A model generated the notes under the pieces. That model did no database searches. It was not told the origin of the DNA and saw only the letters and a program-made list of their open reading frames with translations. The translations under genes and the position numbers were made by a program. This document shows, one piece after another, positions 1-9,469 of a DNA stretch of 64,000 nucleotides (the stretch's first letter is position 1; each line of letters begins with the position of its first letter). Origin of the DNA: Candidatus Altiarchaeales archaeon (GTDB lineage Archaea; Altiarchaeota; Altiarchaeia; IMC4; SCGC-AAA252-I15); the NCBI GenBank assembly GCA_014727915.1, contig WJMO01000005.1, forward strand, positions 192,001 to 256,000, given 5' to 3'.

Positions 1-128
1 TCAACCGCCTCCAAGTAGTTATTCCTGAGGCCTTCGTAGGTGGTGTAATAGTAGATTACTATGAATATCATAGCCACTATCACTATCAGCAGCAATCCCA
101 ACAATATCACGTTAACGTTGTGCTTCAT
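1..128 (-). CDS. Hypothetical membrane-anchored protein, 5' part only (runs off window)
   Basis: Manual translation from ATG at 128: MKHNVNVILLGLLLIVIVAMIFIVIYYYTTYEGLRNNYLEAV..., with a single N-terminal TM helix and no stop before the window edge. Confidence 0.6.
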   Translation of the reverse strand, partial: MKHNVNVILLGLLLIVIVAMIFIVIYYYTTYEGLRNNYLEAV

Positions 129-255
129 CCTATCATTCTAGAAAAAGCCATCAACACCCATAAGATAATGTATTCCACGAATATAAGAACATCCCATGCC
201 CCTGAACTGATTTAAATAGAATCAGTGTAATGTTATATACTTTTTCACCTGTAAA

Positions 256-429
256 ATGAAGGTTAACCGGAGCAAGTGCCTCTACTGCGGCGGATGCGTT
301 GGCGTATGCCCCGTTCATGCCATAGAGCTATTGGAGACCAGGATAGCCATAGACGGGGGAAAATGCACCAAATGCGGATTATGCGTTAGATTCTGCCCTG
401 TAGCGGCGATTACATCTGATGATGAGTGA
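256..429 (+). CDS. 2x[4Fe-4S] ferredoxin (57 aa, missing from ORF track)
   Basis: Manual translation MKVNRSKCLYCGGCVGVCPVHAI...KCTKCGLCVRFCPVAAITSDDE has two CxxCxxCxxxCP motifs; overlaps the start of the reductase gene. Confidence 0.92.
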   Translation: MKVNRSKCLYCGGCVGVCPVHAIELLETRIAIDGGKCTKCGLCVRFCPVAAITSDDE

Positions 430-1630
430 ATACGACGTTGATGTGGTGGTTGTCGGGGCCGGCCCGGGAGGAAGCAGAGCAGCGTCAGAGCTGGCTAGGA
501 AAGGCTTGAAAGTGCTGGTGTTGGAGAAGCGCCAGGAGATCGGAGCACCCAAGAGGTGCGCTGAAGGCCTTAACTTCGCCGCAGTGGCCGCCCTGCCCTT
601 CGAAATCGACGGCAGGTGGGCGACCCAGGCCATAAAGTCGTGCAGGCTTTTCTCTCCAGCTGGCAAGGAGGTCATGATAAAGCACCCCACCTACGGGGGG
701 TATGTGATAGAGCGTAAGGTGTTCGAGAAGTTCCTGGCCGAGGACGCTATAAAAGCCGGTGCCAAGTACATGGTGAAGACTAACGTATTTGAAGTCTTGA
801 AAGACGGTGAGGGCAGGGTCGTCGGGGTTAAGGCCGATCACATGGGCGAGGACATAACCGCCAGGTCCAAGCTGGTCTTGGCAGCTGATGGCGTGGACTC
901 CCTGACCGCCAAGAGGGCGGGCATCAACACTGCCAACAAGATAAGCGACTACCACAGCGGATTCCAGTATGAGATGGCGGGTTTGAAGAACGTAGATCCA
1001 GAGTGCCTGTATGTGTTCTTCGGCGAGGAGGTCGCCCCCAAAGGCTACCTGTGGATATTCCCCAAAGGCCATTCTTTCGCCAACGTCGGCATAGGGATAA
1101 CATCCGCGAACTCCGAGAGCGGCGGAGAGCCCAGGAAATACCTGGACCGGTTCATTGCAGACAACCCCAAGTACTTCGAGGGTGCCAGCCCCGTGGAAGT
1201 GAACGGCGGGGGAATACCCTTGAGTGCCTCAGCACCGACTTTCGTCGGCGACGGGATAATGCTGGTGGGTGACGCGGCCCAGCAGGTTAACCCCATACAC
1301 GGCGGCGGCATTGCGTTGGCCATGCGCTCGGCCATACTGGCGTCGGAGGTCGCGGCAGCCGCCATATCGGAAGGCGACCTTTCCAGGGAGCGTCTCATGG
1401 AGTATGAGCGGCGCTGGTTCGAGGGCGGTGACGGAGCCAAGCTCAAGAGGCTCTACAAGCTCAGGATGTTCATGGAGAAGCTCGAGGACAAGGATTTCGA
1501 GACCCTCGCTGAAGTGATGGGCAGCGAAGACCTGCTCAAGCTTTTGGGCGGGGATAACAAGTACATCCTGAAGCTGCTCCTGACCAAAGCCCCCAAGCTG
1601 ATCCCGCTGGCCAAGAAGTTCCTCGTTTGA
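419..1630 (+). CDS. Digeranylgeranylglycerophospholipid (geranylgeranyl) reductase
   Basis: GAGPGG FAD motif, KRCAEG, ERKVFEKFLA, PKGYLWIFPKG, LVGDAAQQVNPIHGGGI. Confidence 0.9.
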   Translation: MMSEYDVDVVVVGAGPGGSRAASELARKGLKVLVLEKRQEIGAPKRCAEGLNFAAVAALPFEIDGRWATQAIKSCRLFSPAGKEVMIKHPTYGGYVIERKVFEKFLAEDAIKAGAKYMVKTNVFEVLKDGEGRVVGVKADHMGEDITARSKLVLAADGVDSLTAKRAGINTANKISDYHSGFQYEMAGLKNVDPECLYVFFGEEVAPKGYLWIFPKGHSFANVGIGITSANSESGGEPRKYLDRFIADNPKYFEGASPVEVNGGGIPLSASAPTFVGDGIMLVGDAAQQVNPIHGGGIALAMRSAILASEVAAAAISEGDLSRERLMEYERRWFEGGDGAKLKRLYKLRMFMEKLEDKDFETLAEVMGSEDLLKLLGGDNKYILKLLLTKAPKLIPLAKKFLV

Positions 1631-1710
1631 AGCTCGCATGAGAGGAGATTGTATTTATTCTCTGAATTTCATATTCAACGGGTCATAGACGCGGCATATG
1701 CCTTGATGCA

Positions 1711-2037
1711 GTGCCCTCCAAGAAAGTGTTTTTAACCAGATTTTTTTATGCCGCATTGTATGCGGTGAACCTGGCCTTCCACATGCTCCGGTCTTCCCTA
1801 GAGACGGGCCTATACTCTGTCACGGGCCGGATAGACCCGCAGGTGATAGAGGTTGAAACCGTACTGAAAAGCCCGTTCTCCCAGGTTCTGCTCGCAAATT
1901 CGATAACTTTGACCCCCGGCACATTGACTGTAGACCTGGACTCCCAGGCCAGGAAGCTCAAAGTCGCCGTGTTGACACCCCGGAAACCCTCTTCTGTGAT
2001 ACCCTTCGAGAAATACATTGGGGGTATGCTAGAGTGA
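1711..2037 (+). CDS. ehbA: Energy-converting hydrogenase B subunit A (MrpE/MnhE-like)
   Basis: LLANSITLTPGTLTVD MrpE signature; first gene of the operon. Confidence 0.8.
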   Translation: MPSKKVFLTRFFYAALYAVNLAFHMLRSSLETGLYSVTGRIDPQVIEVETVLKSPFSQVLLANSITLTPGTLTVDLDSQARKLKVAVLTPRKPSSVIPFEKYIGGMLE

Positions 2038-2282
2038 TAGAGCTGCTAATATCCTCATTGGCCGTGGGCGTTCTCGTAGGAGTCGTTCTCGTGTCCCGGG
2101 GCGGGCCTGAGAACTCGCTGATAGGCTTGAACATAGCGACGATATGTGCGATAACGGCATTTCTCGCAGTCCAGCGTGAACAGAACATACTTTTCACAGG
2201 AGACATACTGTTCTATCTGATCCTCCCCGGAGTCTTCGGTGTCATAGTCTTCACAAGGTTCATGTCGGAGGTGCGGGATTGA
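2034..2282 (+). CDS. ehbB: Ehb subunit B (MrpF-like small membrane protein)
   Basis: 3 TM helices, GTGA overlap, position in operon. Confidence 0.65.
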   Translation: MIELLISSLAVGVLVGVVLVSRGGPENSLIGLNIATICAITAFLAVQREQNILFTGDILFYLILPGVFGVIVFTRFMSEVRD

Positions 2283-2566
2283 TATGGGAAGTCTCTGGAT
2301 CGGGTTTGTTGGAACTGGCATATGGTGTTTCATCAGCTCTCATACTGGCAGCCTCAATAGGGATCCTACAATCCCCCGAGAGGAAGAACATGGTATATGC
2401 GAGGATACACATGGCAGGAGTCATCGACGTAGTATGCATGTTCCTAACGGTCATACTCGGCTACCCCCTCATAGGTTTGATCTACTTTGTGGTCGTCCCC
2501 CTGACAGGACATGCCATAGCCAACGCACACTACCACCGCAGCACCGGCGGGGAGGTGGCGGGTTGA
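2279..2566 (+). CDS. ehbC: Ehb subunit C (MrpG-like)
   Basis: YARIHMAGVID and PLTGHAIANAHY motifs. Confidence 0.8.
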   Translation: MIWEVSGSGLLELAYGVSSALILAASIGILQSPERKNMVYARIHMAGVIDVVCMFLTVILGYPLIGLIYFVVVPLTGHAIANAHYHRSTGGEVAG

Positions 2567-2799
2567 TAGAGTATATACTCATGCTGTCTGCTGTTGTCGT
2601 AGCATACATGTCCCTCAAGCCTAAGGACCTCCTAAAGGCGGTGATAATCGGCACAGGCATAGAAGGCCTTGCTTTGGCGGTGCTCTACCAGCAGCTCCTG
2701 GCCTCGGACGTCGCCCTGACCCAGGCGATAATCTGCTCGGCGATACTGCCCGGCCTGTTCGCGATAGTCGTATATAAGACTCAGAGGTGGGAGGAGTGA
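2563..2799 (+). CDS. ehbD: Ehb subunit D (DUF4040/MnhB-related)
   Basis: TTG start overlapping the ehbC stop; KDLLKAVI...LLASDVALTQAI motif. Confidence 0.8.
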   Translation: MIEYILMLSAVVVAYMSLKPKDLLKAVIIGTGIEGLALAVLYQQLLASDVALTQAIICSAILPGLFAIVVYKTQRWEE

Positions 2800-3155
2800 T
2801 ACAAGAAGCATCTTTCATAACCGCCGCATTCCTGTTCATCATCGGTTTATGGGCTGTACTGTCAAAGGACAACCTGCTGAAGAAGGTGCTGGGGATAACT
2901 TTCATATCGGATGCTGTCAACCTGGTTCTAGTCTCCATGGGCTACCGTGAAGGCGGTATAGTTCCCATAATCATGCCTGGTGTGGGGTCGGGGGAGTTCG
3001 CATCCCAGGCCGCATACCCGCTGCCCATGGCATTGGTTCTGACCAACATAGTAATATCAGTAGCCACGGTTTCTCTGATACTCGGATTGTGCGTGAAGCT
3101 ATACCAGAAGAACAAGACGTTGAGTGCTGGGAGGTTATGGGATGGCGAACGTTGA
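2796..3155 (+). CDS. ehbE: Ehb subunit E (MrpC/NuoK-like)
   Basis: DNLLKKVLG...AVNL...PLPMALVLTNIVI motif. Confidence 0.85.
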   Translation: MIQEASFITAAFLFIIGLWAVLSKDNLLKKVLGITFISDAVNLVLVSMGYREGGIVPIIMPGVGSGEFASQAAYPLPMALVLTNIVISVATVSLILGLCVKLYQKNKTLSAGRLWDGER

Positions 3156-4605
3156 GCTTCTTCCATTGATGGTGGTCCTGCCTCTGGCTGTTGCGGTAGT
3201 ATCCAACCTTTTTCACGGCAGGAACCGCCTGCTGGCATTGACCGCCATGACTGCAACGCTCTTGTTCATGGTGCTGCCGCTGCTAATGCCATATGGCATG
3301 CACACATTCGGCGGCCACGTAAGGGAGGCTCAGAAGACAGAACTGGCCCTTGGAGTCATATACGTGTTCCAACACCACCACCGGATAATAGTGTTCATAC
3401 TGGCTTTGATAGCCCACCTGGTCGTGTCATCATATGCGGGCGCCTACCGGAAGCTATCAGGGCCTTACCTGGGGTTCATGATGATGGGCGTGGCAGCATC
3501 AACTGCCGTATTATTGGCTGATGACTTCTTCAACTTCTATGTGTTCCTGGAGGTTGCGCTGATATCCCAGGCTGCCATGGCCATCGCCTCCGGCACAGAA
3601 CAGGCGTACAAGGCAGTGGTCAAGTACTTGATCGTTGCTAATGTAGCGGGAAACTGCCTACTCCTGGCGGTCGCGTTCCTCTTCTCGCTGGCAGGTTCGC
3701 TGAACATATCGGACATGCAGTCCTTCATATCCGCCAACGGGCCCGCCCTAGCCTACAACCCGGTGTTCCTTGCGTCCTGCGCTCTCACAATCTTCGCGTG
3801 GACCTACGCATCCGGCGTATTCCCCTTCCACAACATCAAATCCGAGCTTTACGCGTCGGCCAGGCCCCACGCGTCCGGGCTCATGCAGACAATGACAAAG
3901 TTCATAATGGTGGCTTTGGCTATCGTATTGCTGAAGCTCTTCGCTGACGTCGGGTCCCTGAGGATGGTCATGCTCTACGCCTCCCTGGGAGCGATGGTCT
4001 TCGGCGTCATCATGGCTTTGAAGCAGGACAACTACCAGCGTATGCTCAGCTACCACGCAATATCCCAGGCGGGCTATGTGGCGTCGGGCCTGAGCATCGG
4101 AACCCCGGTTGCCATAATAGCGGGAATATTCCACGCCGTCAACCACGTGCTCTACAAGACCGCCTTGTTTCTCGGGTGCGAGTGCGTGGAGTACAGGGCC
4201 GGCACCACAGACTTCAAGGGAGTAAGCGGCCTGATACACTCCCTCCCCCTCATAGGATTCCTCGTGTTATGCGCGAAGTTCGCCATATCGGGGATACCCC
4301 CGTTCAACGGCTTCCAGAGCAAGCTCATGCTCATGACCGCAGCATTCGACGCTGGCATGCCAGAAGTGACTCTGGTGATGATACTAGTCAGTGTGCTCAC
4401 GTTCATATCGATGATGAAGGCATTCCACCTGGTCTACATGAGACATCCGACACAGGATACTAGGGAGCCTAGGGAGATTCCGAAGTCTTATGTTGTCGCC
4501 TTGATTATACTGGTGGGTTTGTGCGTTCTGCTGGGCGTGTACCCCCAGCTTGCAACACGTTACATAGAGCCTATAGCCTACGGGATAGGCTTCAATTGGA
4601 GGTGA
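3142..4605 (+). CDS. ehbF: Ehb subunit F (MrpD/NuoN-like ion-translocating subunit)
   Basis: DDFFNFYVFLEV, MLSYHAISQAGY, FHAVNHVLYKTALFLG, ISGIPPFNGFQSK. Confidence 0.9.
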   Translation: MANVELLPLMVVLPLAVAVVSNLFHGRNRLLALTAMTATLLFMVLPLLMPYGMHTFGGHVREAQKTELALGVIYVFQHHHRIIVFILALIAHLVVSSYAGAYRKLSGPYLGFMMMGVAASTAVLLADDFFNFYVFLEVALISQAAMAIASGTEQAYKAVVKYLIVANVAGNCLLLAVAFLFSLAGSLNISDMQSFISANGPALAYNPVFLASCALTIFAWTYASGVFPFHNIKSELYASARPHASGLMQTMTKFIMVALAIVLLKLFADVGSLRMVMLYASLGAMVFGVIMALKQDNYQRMLSYHAISQAGYVASGLSIGTPVAIIAGIFHAVNHVLYKTALFLGCECVEYRAGTTDFKGVSGLIHSLPLIGFLVLCAKFAISGIPPFNGFQSKLMLMTAAFDAGMPEVTLVMILVSVLTFISMMKAFHLVYMRHPTQDTREPREIPKSYVVALIILVGLCVLLGVYPQLATRYIEPIAYGIGFNWR

Positions 4606-4611
4606 TTTGGA

Positions 4612-4920
4612 GTGTACGGCGATCTGCTTAAGGGTTTGTGGAATCGGGATTCAGGCGATAGCGTGCACGCCGCTTCCGTTTTCGCAATAGAGTTCCAGTC
4701 AATCGCGGCATTCCTCCTCCTGACCTTCCTCGCAGTCAGGTTCATATCAGCCTATGCCGCGCTGCCTGCCGTGCTGTTGGCCCTGATGCTACTGCGGGGC
4801 AGGACCCTCACGTTCACTGTTCTGCGGGAGAATGACGACCGTTTCCAGACCCTATTATTCTATCTGATAGTCTCGCTTGGGGTCATATCACTGTCTGTGG
4901 GGTGGTATCTGTGGGTGTGA
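4612..4920 (+). CDS. ehbG: Ehb subunit G-like small membrane protein
   Basis: Hydrophobic ~100 aa protein at the ehbG position. Confidence 0.55.
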   Translation: MYGDLLKGLWNRDSGDSVHAASVFAIEFQSIAAFLLLTFLAVRFISAYAALPAVLLALMLLRGRTLTFTVLRENDDRFQTLLFYLIVSLGVISLSVGWYLWV

Positions 4921-5642
4921 GGAGGGTGATAATGGCGTCCGCGCTTGCGGTTTTCTCCCTGCTCGTCCTGGACGCCATGATGTCCATGTCCATAGACCCG
5001 GGCGTCAGCAGAGTCTACAACACAGTCGGCGTCAAGGTCGCTAAGAACATGGTGACCGCCATATTGTTTGACTTCAGGGGATATGACACCCTCGGCGAAG
5101 CCATAATACTAGTCACGGGCGTGCTGGCCGTTTCCCTGCTGTTCGGCAGGGGCCTCCTCTCCGGCGACGTGCACGAGGACGCAGACGACGAGCTCAGGGA
5201 ATCTCTCGTTCTGAGGACGTACGCCCCCCTGCTAGCGTCACTGGTGGTGGTCCTCGGTGTCTTCGTGACTCTCGGCGGCCACATAACACCCGGCGGAGGA
5301 TTCCAGGGAGGCTCGATAATCGCGTCGGGGATGCTGCTGACCCTCGTCGTCTGCGGCCGCGGCGCGGTGAAGATCTCCCATCCGACGCTGGTTAAGATGG
5401 AGGCAGCCGGGGTGCTGTTATACCTCACTCTCGGAATCTTAGGGCTTTTATCCAGCGGATACTTCCTCTACAACCTGGGCGTCGACTTGTACGGCATAGT
5501 ATCCCCAGACATGGCCTCGATTTTCAACTACCCTGACGGCGTCGACGCAGGCATAGTCCCCTACCTCAACATCGCAGTGCTCATAAAGGTTTCGGCAGGT
5601 CTCACCACGGTGATGCTGGTGCTCCTGGGAGGCAAAAGATGA
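4917..5642 (+). CDS. Fused EhbH-EhbI (MrpB-like)
   Basis: N-half NMVTAILFDFRGYDTLGEA (EhbH/MnhB N-part); C-half GGHITPGGGFQGG (EhbI/MnhB). Confidence 0.85.
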   Translation: MRRVIMASALAVFSLLVLDAMMSMSIDPGVSRVYNTVGVKVAKNMVTAILFDFRGYDTLGEAIILVTGVLAVSLLFGRGLLSGDVHEDADDELRESLVLRTYAPLLASLVVVLGVFVTLGGHITPGGGFQGGSIIASGMLLTLVVCGRGAVKISHPTLVKMEAAGVLLYLTLGILGLLSSGYFLYNLGVDLYGIVSPDMASIFNYPDGVDAGIVPYLNIAVLIKVSAGLTTVMLVLLGGKR

Positions 5643-5848
5643 ACGTAGTAGTCTACGCCATCGCATTCTGCGCTGGAGCATTGTATGGGCGGTGGGTTGA
5701 AAGGGCGAAGGCAGCCCCCCTCCTGCTATTGGGCATTCTGTCGGCTGTGCTGTTGGGCAACTACCCCTACTACTCTGTTGAAGGGTTTTCCACGGTATTT
5801 ATCTCCTCACTCATTGGTGTTGTAGTCGGAGGTCGCATTCGAAGATGA
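5639..5848 (+). CDS. ehbJ: Ehb subunit J-like small membrane protein
   Basis: 69 aa hydrophobic with NYPYY motif, ATGA overlaps on both sides, ehbJ position. Confidence 0.6.
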   Translation: MNVVVYAIAFCAGALYGRWVERAKAAPLLLLGILSAVLLGNYPYYSVEGFSTVFISSLIGVVVGGRIRR

Positions 5849-6300
5849 ATCCGGTGATCCAACTGTTGAAGCACATCACATACGGCATAGCCACGCTGCC
5901 TAGGATAGTCCTCGGTACCGGAAGGCTCACCGACGACCAGATGCGCAAGACCGTGCTGTCAGGGGCTGTGAAATACCCGGACACAGTTGACGTGGACGCG
6001 TGCATCGGCTGCGGAGTCTGCGCCATGGTGTGTCCGATGAAGTGCATAACCATGAAGCCGTTGGAGGAGAAGGTGAAGCTGAGGGAGAACCAGTACAAGG
6101 ACAAATACCCCGAGATCAACCCTGCCCAGTGCATATTCTGCTTCCAATGCCACGACAACTGCCCAGTCTACAAGGTGCATCACCGCTCCTCGGCCATACA
6201 CCCCCGGGGAATCCGAAAGACAGGCATCACCGCAGAAGGCCTGTTCCGCAGGATGGACGAGAAAATCAAAAAACAGGGTGGAGGTGGCGGAAATGGTTAA
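5845..6300 (+). CDS. ehbL: Ehb subunit L, 2x[4Fe-4S] protein (NuoI-like)
   Basis: CIGCGVCAMVCP and CIFCFQCHDNCP motifs. Confidence 0.85.
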   Translation: MNPVIQLLKHITYGIATLPRIVLGTGRLTDDQMRKTVLSGAVKYPDTVDVDACIGCGVCAMVCPMKCITMKPLEEKVKLRENQYKDKYPEINPAQCIFCFQCHDNCPVYKVHHRSSAIHPRGIRKTGITAEGLFRRMDEKIKKQGGGGGNG

Positions 6301-6739
6301 GAGATCAGCCCGTAGGAAGTCAGTCCATGTCATGTTCGTCTACACGGGAGGATGCAACGGCTGCGAGATAGAGATAGCCAACGCGCTATTCTCGCCCTAC
6401 TATGACCTGGAACAATACCGGGTGATGATGACCTTCAACCCCCGGGAGGCCGACGTGCTCATAGTCACAGGACCGATAACAAAGAGGAACGAACCCCAGT
6501 TGAAGGCCATATACGAGCGTATACCCGAGCCGAAGGCTGTCATAGCATGCGGGGCGTGCGCAATAGTCGGGGGCATCTACGTGAACCTCTACGGCGAACT
6601 CGGGCCCAGCGACCAGATACGCGGACCCCTCGGCAACATTCTGCCGGTGGATGCGAGCGCGCGCGGATGCGCTCCCAGGCCGGAGGAGATAATACGGGCG
6701 GTGTCATCGGTGATACCTAAGATAGTGGAGGCGAAATGA
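6293..6739 (+). CDS. ehbM: Ehb hydrogenase small subunit
   Basis: GGCNGCEIE, NPREAD, VIACGACA, GCAPRPE. Confidence 0.9.
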   Translation: MVKRSARRKSVHVMFVYTGGCNGCEIEIANALFSPYYDLEQYRVMMTFNPREADVLIVTGPITKRNEPQLKAIYERIPEPKAVIACGACAIVGGIYVNLYGELGPSDQIRGPLGNILPVDASARGCAPRPEEIIRAVSSVIPKIVEAK

Positions 6740-7902
6740 ACTCGGACAGGGATAGGCTCACGGAAGTGGATGTGGGCACCGTGCACCCGGTGCTGGTCGA
6801 ACCCTTCAGGACCAGGTTCTGGGTGGAAGACGAGATGGTCCGCGACTGTGAGATAACATACAACGCAGCCCACAGGGGCATAGAACGCATACTAGAAGGC
6901 ATACCCTTGGCGAAGGCACATATGATAACAGAGAAGGTCTGCGGGCTCTGCAGCCACTTCCACCTGTGGAACAGCATCCGGGTGACGGAGAAGGCCATGG
7001 ACCTCGAAGTCCCCGAGCGGGCCGAGTACATCCGGGTGTTGATAGCGGAATTGGAGAGGATACACTCCCACCTGTTCTTCCTCGGACACGGCTGCGAGAC
7101 CATGGGCCAGGAGACCTTCACATACCGCGCCTTCGCTCTCAGGGAGCCGCTGATGCGGGTGTTGTACGAGCTCACAGGCAACCGCGTCCACTATGCGGTA
7201 CCAGCCATCGGCGGGGTCAGGCCAAGGGCCAACCCCACACCCGATATGCTCAAAAACGTTTCCTCCATGTTGGACGAGCTGGAGAAGGGGCTGATGTCCT
7301 TCATAGACAGGATCACAACCGACCCTATGGTGTTGGCGAGGGTCACAGGCGTCGGCGTATTGGACCGGAAGGTCGCTGAGGAATACCATGCGGTCGGCCC
7401 CACCGCCAGGGCGTCGGATGTGGACAACGACGTCCGCCATCACATGCACGAGTACGACCACTTCAACTTCGACTACATCACATTGAAGGACGGCGACGTA
7501 AAGGACAGGCTCATACTCCGGTGCCTGGAGATACCCGAGAGCATGAGGATCATACGGCAGGTGCTGGACGAGATACCGCCCGGGAAGGTGGGGACCGTTC
7601 CCAAGTTCAAGTATGACACGGAATTCGCGACGACATACATAGAGGCGCCCCGTGGGGAGTTGTTCCACTCACTCCGCATCGACGCGGAAGGAAAGGTCCG
7701 CAACTACAGGATACGAACTCCAACACCTCCGAACCTCACCTGCATGGAGCAGGCCTGCATCGGCGACCAGCTGACGGACGCGATACTCACCATAATCAGC
7801 TGCGACCCCTGCCTCTCATGCTCCAGCAGGGCATTGGTGGTTGACATGGGCACGGGCGAGGAGAAGGTTGTGGACTTCAGGGAGGTGAAGGCGAAATGCT
7901 AG
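6736..7902 (+). CDS. ehbN: Ehb [NiFe] hydrogenase large subunit
   Basis: L1 EKVCGLCSHFH, EAPRGE, L2 DPCLSCSSR followed by a C-terminal extension. Confidence 0.92.
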   Translation: MNSDRDRLTEVDVGTVHPVLVEPFRTRFWVEDEMVRDCEITYNAAHRGIERILEGIPLAKAHMITEKVCGLCSHFHLWNSIRVTEKAMDLEVPERAEYIRVLIAELERIHSHLFFLGHGCETMGQETFTYRAFALREPLMRVLYELTGNRVHYAVPAIGGVRPRANPTPDMLKNVSSMLDELEKGLMSFIDRITTDPMVLARVTGVGVLDRKVAEEYHAVGPTARASDVDNDVRHHMHEYDHFNFDYITLKDGDVKDRLILRCLEIPESMRIIRQVLDEIPPGKVGTVPKFKYDTEFATTYIEAPRGELFHSLRIDAEGKVRNYRIRTPTPPNLTCMEQACIGDQLTDAILTIISCDPCLSCSSRALVVDMGTGEEKVVDFREVKAKC

Positions 7903-8861
7903 TCGAGTCGCTTGCAGTACTGGCGGTCGCTTTCACAATCTCACTGTTCATATCCGGTTTGGAGCGTAAGATACAGGCCCATATCCAGCAGAGGCGCGGC
8001 CCACCACTGACGACCCCTGGGTTATGGAGCGTGATCAAGTTCCTCCACAAGGAACCTACCGAACCGGACTCTCCCTCCTCATCATTTTACAAGCTATTGC
8101 TGGTCTTGAACGCGGTCTCTCTAGTATTCATACTACTGTTCACGAACCCACTATGGTATGGTGTCCTCGGATTCTCCTCATTGCTCGGCCTGCTAGGCCT
8201 GCTGAAGCTGGAGGAAGTGTCGTATATGCTGATGGGCTCCCTCTCACGTTCTGTGATGAGCAAGTCCATGCCCTTCCCAGACACCATAGCAGGCAGCAAG
8301 CTCGGGGGGGCCCGCTCCTATTTCGAGGACGTCGCCGCAGTCCGCTCGCTGAAGATGATAACCTTCGGCTCCTTCCCCTTCTACATTGCGCTGCTCATGC
8401 CATTCGCCCATGTGATGTCCATGGACGTCGAGGCAGTGTTAGCCGGTCCCCCGCTGATATTCACGCTCTCAGGATTGGTTGCAGCCTTCATATACTTCAT
8501 AGGCTATAACATGCTCATAAACAACCGTCCATTCGACATCATCAAGCCGAAGATAGACGTGATCGAGGGTCCGGTGATGGAGTACGCCGCCGGCTGGAGG
8601 GGAATGTACTACCTCAAGAAAGGATTCTCCATGTTCGTGCTGTCAAGCGTGTTCGTCACTCTATTCATTGGCGTTCCACCGGACCTTTCCGACCCTGGGA
8701 CCCTGGTCACTCACATGTGCGTGGCTCTGGCCTTCCCAGTATGCGCTTCGATCCTGAAGGCCTACAGTCCAGTCTTCACATTCAAGCAGATATATCCCAT
8801 CTCGCTTTCACTCACGGTCCTGGGCGTGCTAGCCCTCACATTGAACATAATAGGGTTTTGA
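7896..8861 (+). CDS. ehbO: Ehb subunit O (NuoH-like membrane subunit)
   Basis: GLERKIQAHIQQRRGPP, RPFDI...IEGPVMEY. Confidence 0.88.
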   Translation: MLVESLAVLAVAFTISLFISGLERKIQAHIQQRRGPPLTTPGLWSVIKFLHKEPTEPDSPSSSFYKLLLVLNAVSLVFILLFTNPLWYGVLGFSSLLGLLGLLKLEEVSYMLMGSLSRSVMSKSMPFPDTIAGSKLGGARSYFEDVAAVRSLKMITFGSFPFYIALLMPFAHVMSMDVEAVLAGPPLIFTLSGLVAAFIYFIGYNMLINNRPFDIIKPKIDVIEGPVMEYAAGWRGMYYLKKGFSMFVLSSVFVTLFIGVPPDLSDPGTLVTHMCVALAFPVCASILKAYSPVFTFKQIYPISLSLTVLGVLALTLNIIGF

Positions 8862-8864
8862 AAG

Positions 8865-9131
8865 ATGCCGAAGATAGTCGTTGAGTCGGGTATGGTTTTG
8901 AACCTTGGAGGTTTCATAGTGGAGAAGAAGGCTAAACTACCTTGCGTAGACGTCATAGTCGGGAACCCCCTACCAGAGGATATGAAGCTGGACGCCCCCG
9001 TCTACAGCGAGGAGATGCTCCGGGAATACGAACGCCAGGGCATGTTCGTAGAATACCTCAGGGACGGGGAGTCACTGAAAGAAAAGCTAGAGGGGATGAA
9101 GAAGAGAGTGGATGAAAAACTGAAGGGCTAG
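8865..9131 (+). CDS. ehbP: Ehb subunit P
   Basis: MPK...NLGGFIVE...VIVGNP...DAPVY pattern typical of EhbP; last gene of the operon. Confidence 0.75.
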   Translation: MPKIVVESGMVLNLGGFIVEKKAKLPCVDVIVGNPLPEDMKLDAPVYSEEMLREYERQGMFVEYLRDGESLKEKLEGMKKRVDEKLKG

Positions 9132-9469
9132 CATTGTCCGTCGGTGAACACCCAATTCACTGCGTAAACGGCAACCACCACTATCGCCACGGACACCGGC
9201 ACCAACACCACCATAACCTTGCTCGCCATCCGCAGCAGCCTATTCGTGTCGCTGTCGCCTTTGACCTTTAAATGTATTATGCCCGCAGCTATCAGGATCG
9301 GGATGTAGACCAGCACTCCCAAGCCGGCAGTGATTGAGAGCAGGAGGAATTTCATGTTCTCCAACACCTGGCAGATGGCCATCTGAGCCTCCGCCTCAGG
9401 TGTCATGTACCCATTTGCTATGCCCGCGCACGCCAAAACAGCCAACACCGTGAACCCCCTCTTTTTCAC
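9128..9469 (-). CDS. Small secreted/membrane protein, TrbC/VirB2 pilin-like architecture
   Basis: Signal peptide, then two hydrophobic helices separated by a charged loop, with a Cys near each end of the mature part. Confidence 0.5.
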   Translation of the reverse strand: MKKRGFTVLAVLACAGIANGYMTPEAEAQMAICQVLENMKFLLLSITAGLGVLVYIPILIAAGIIHLKVKGDSDTNRLLRMASKVMVVLVPVSVAIVVVAVYAVNWVFTDGQC

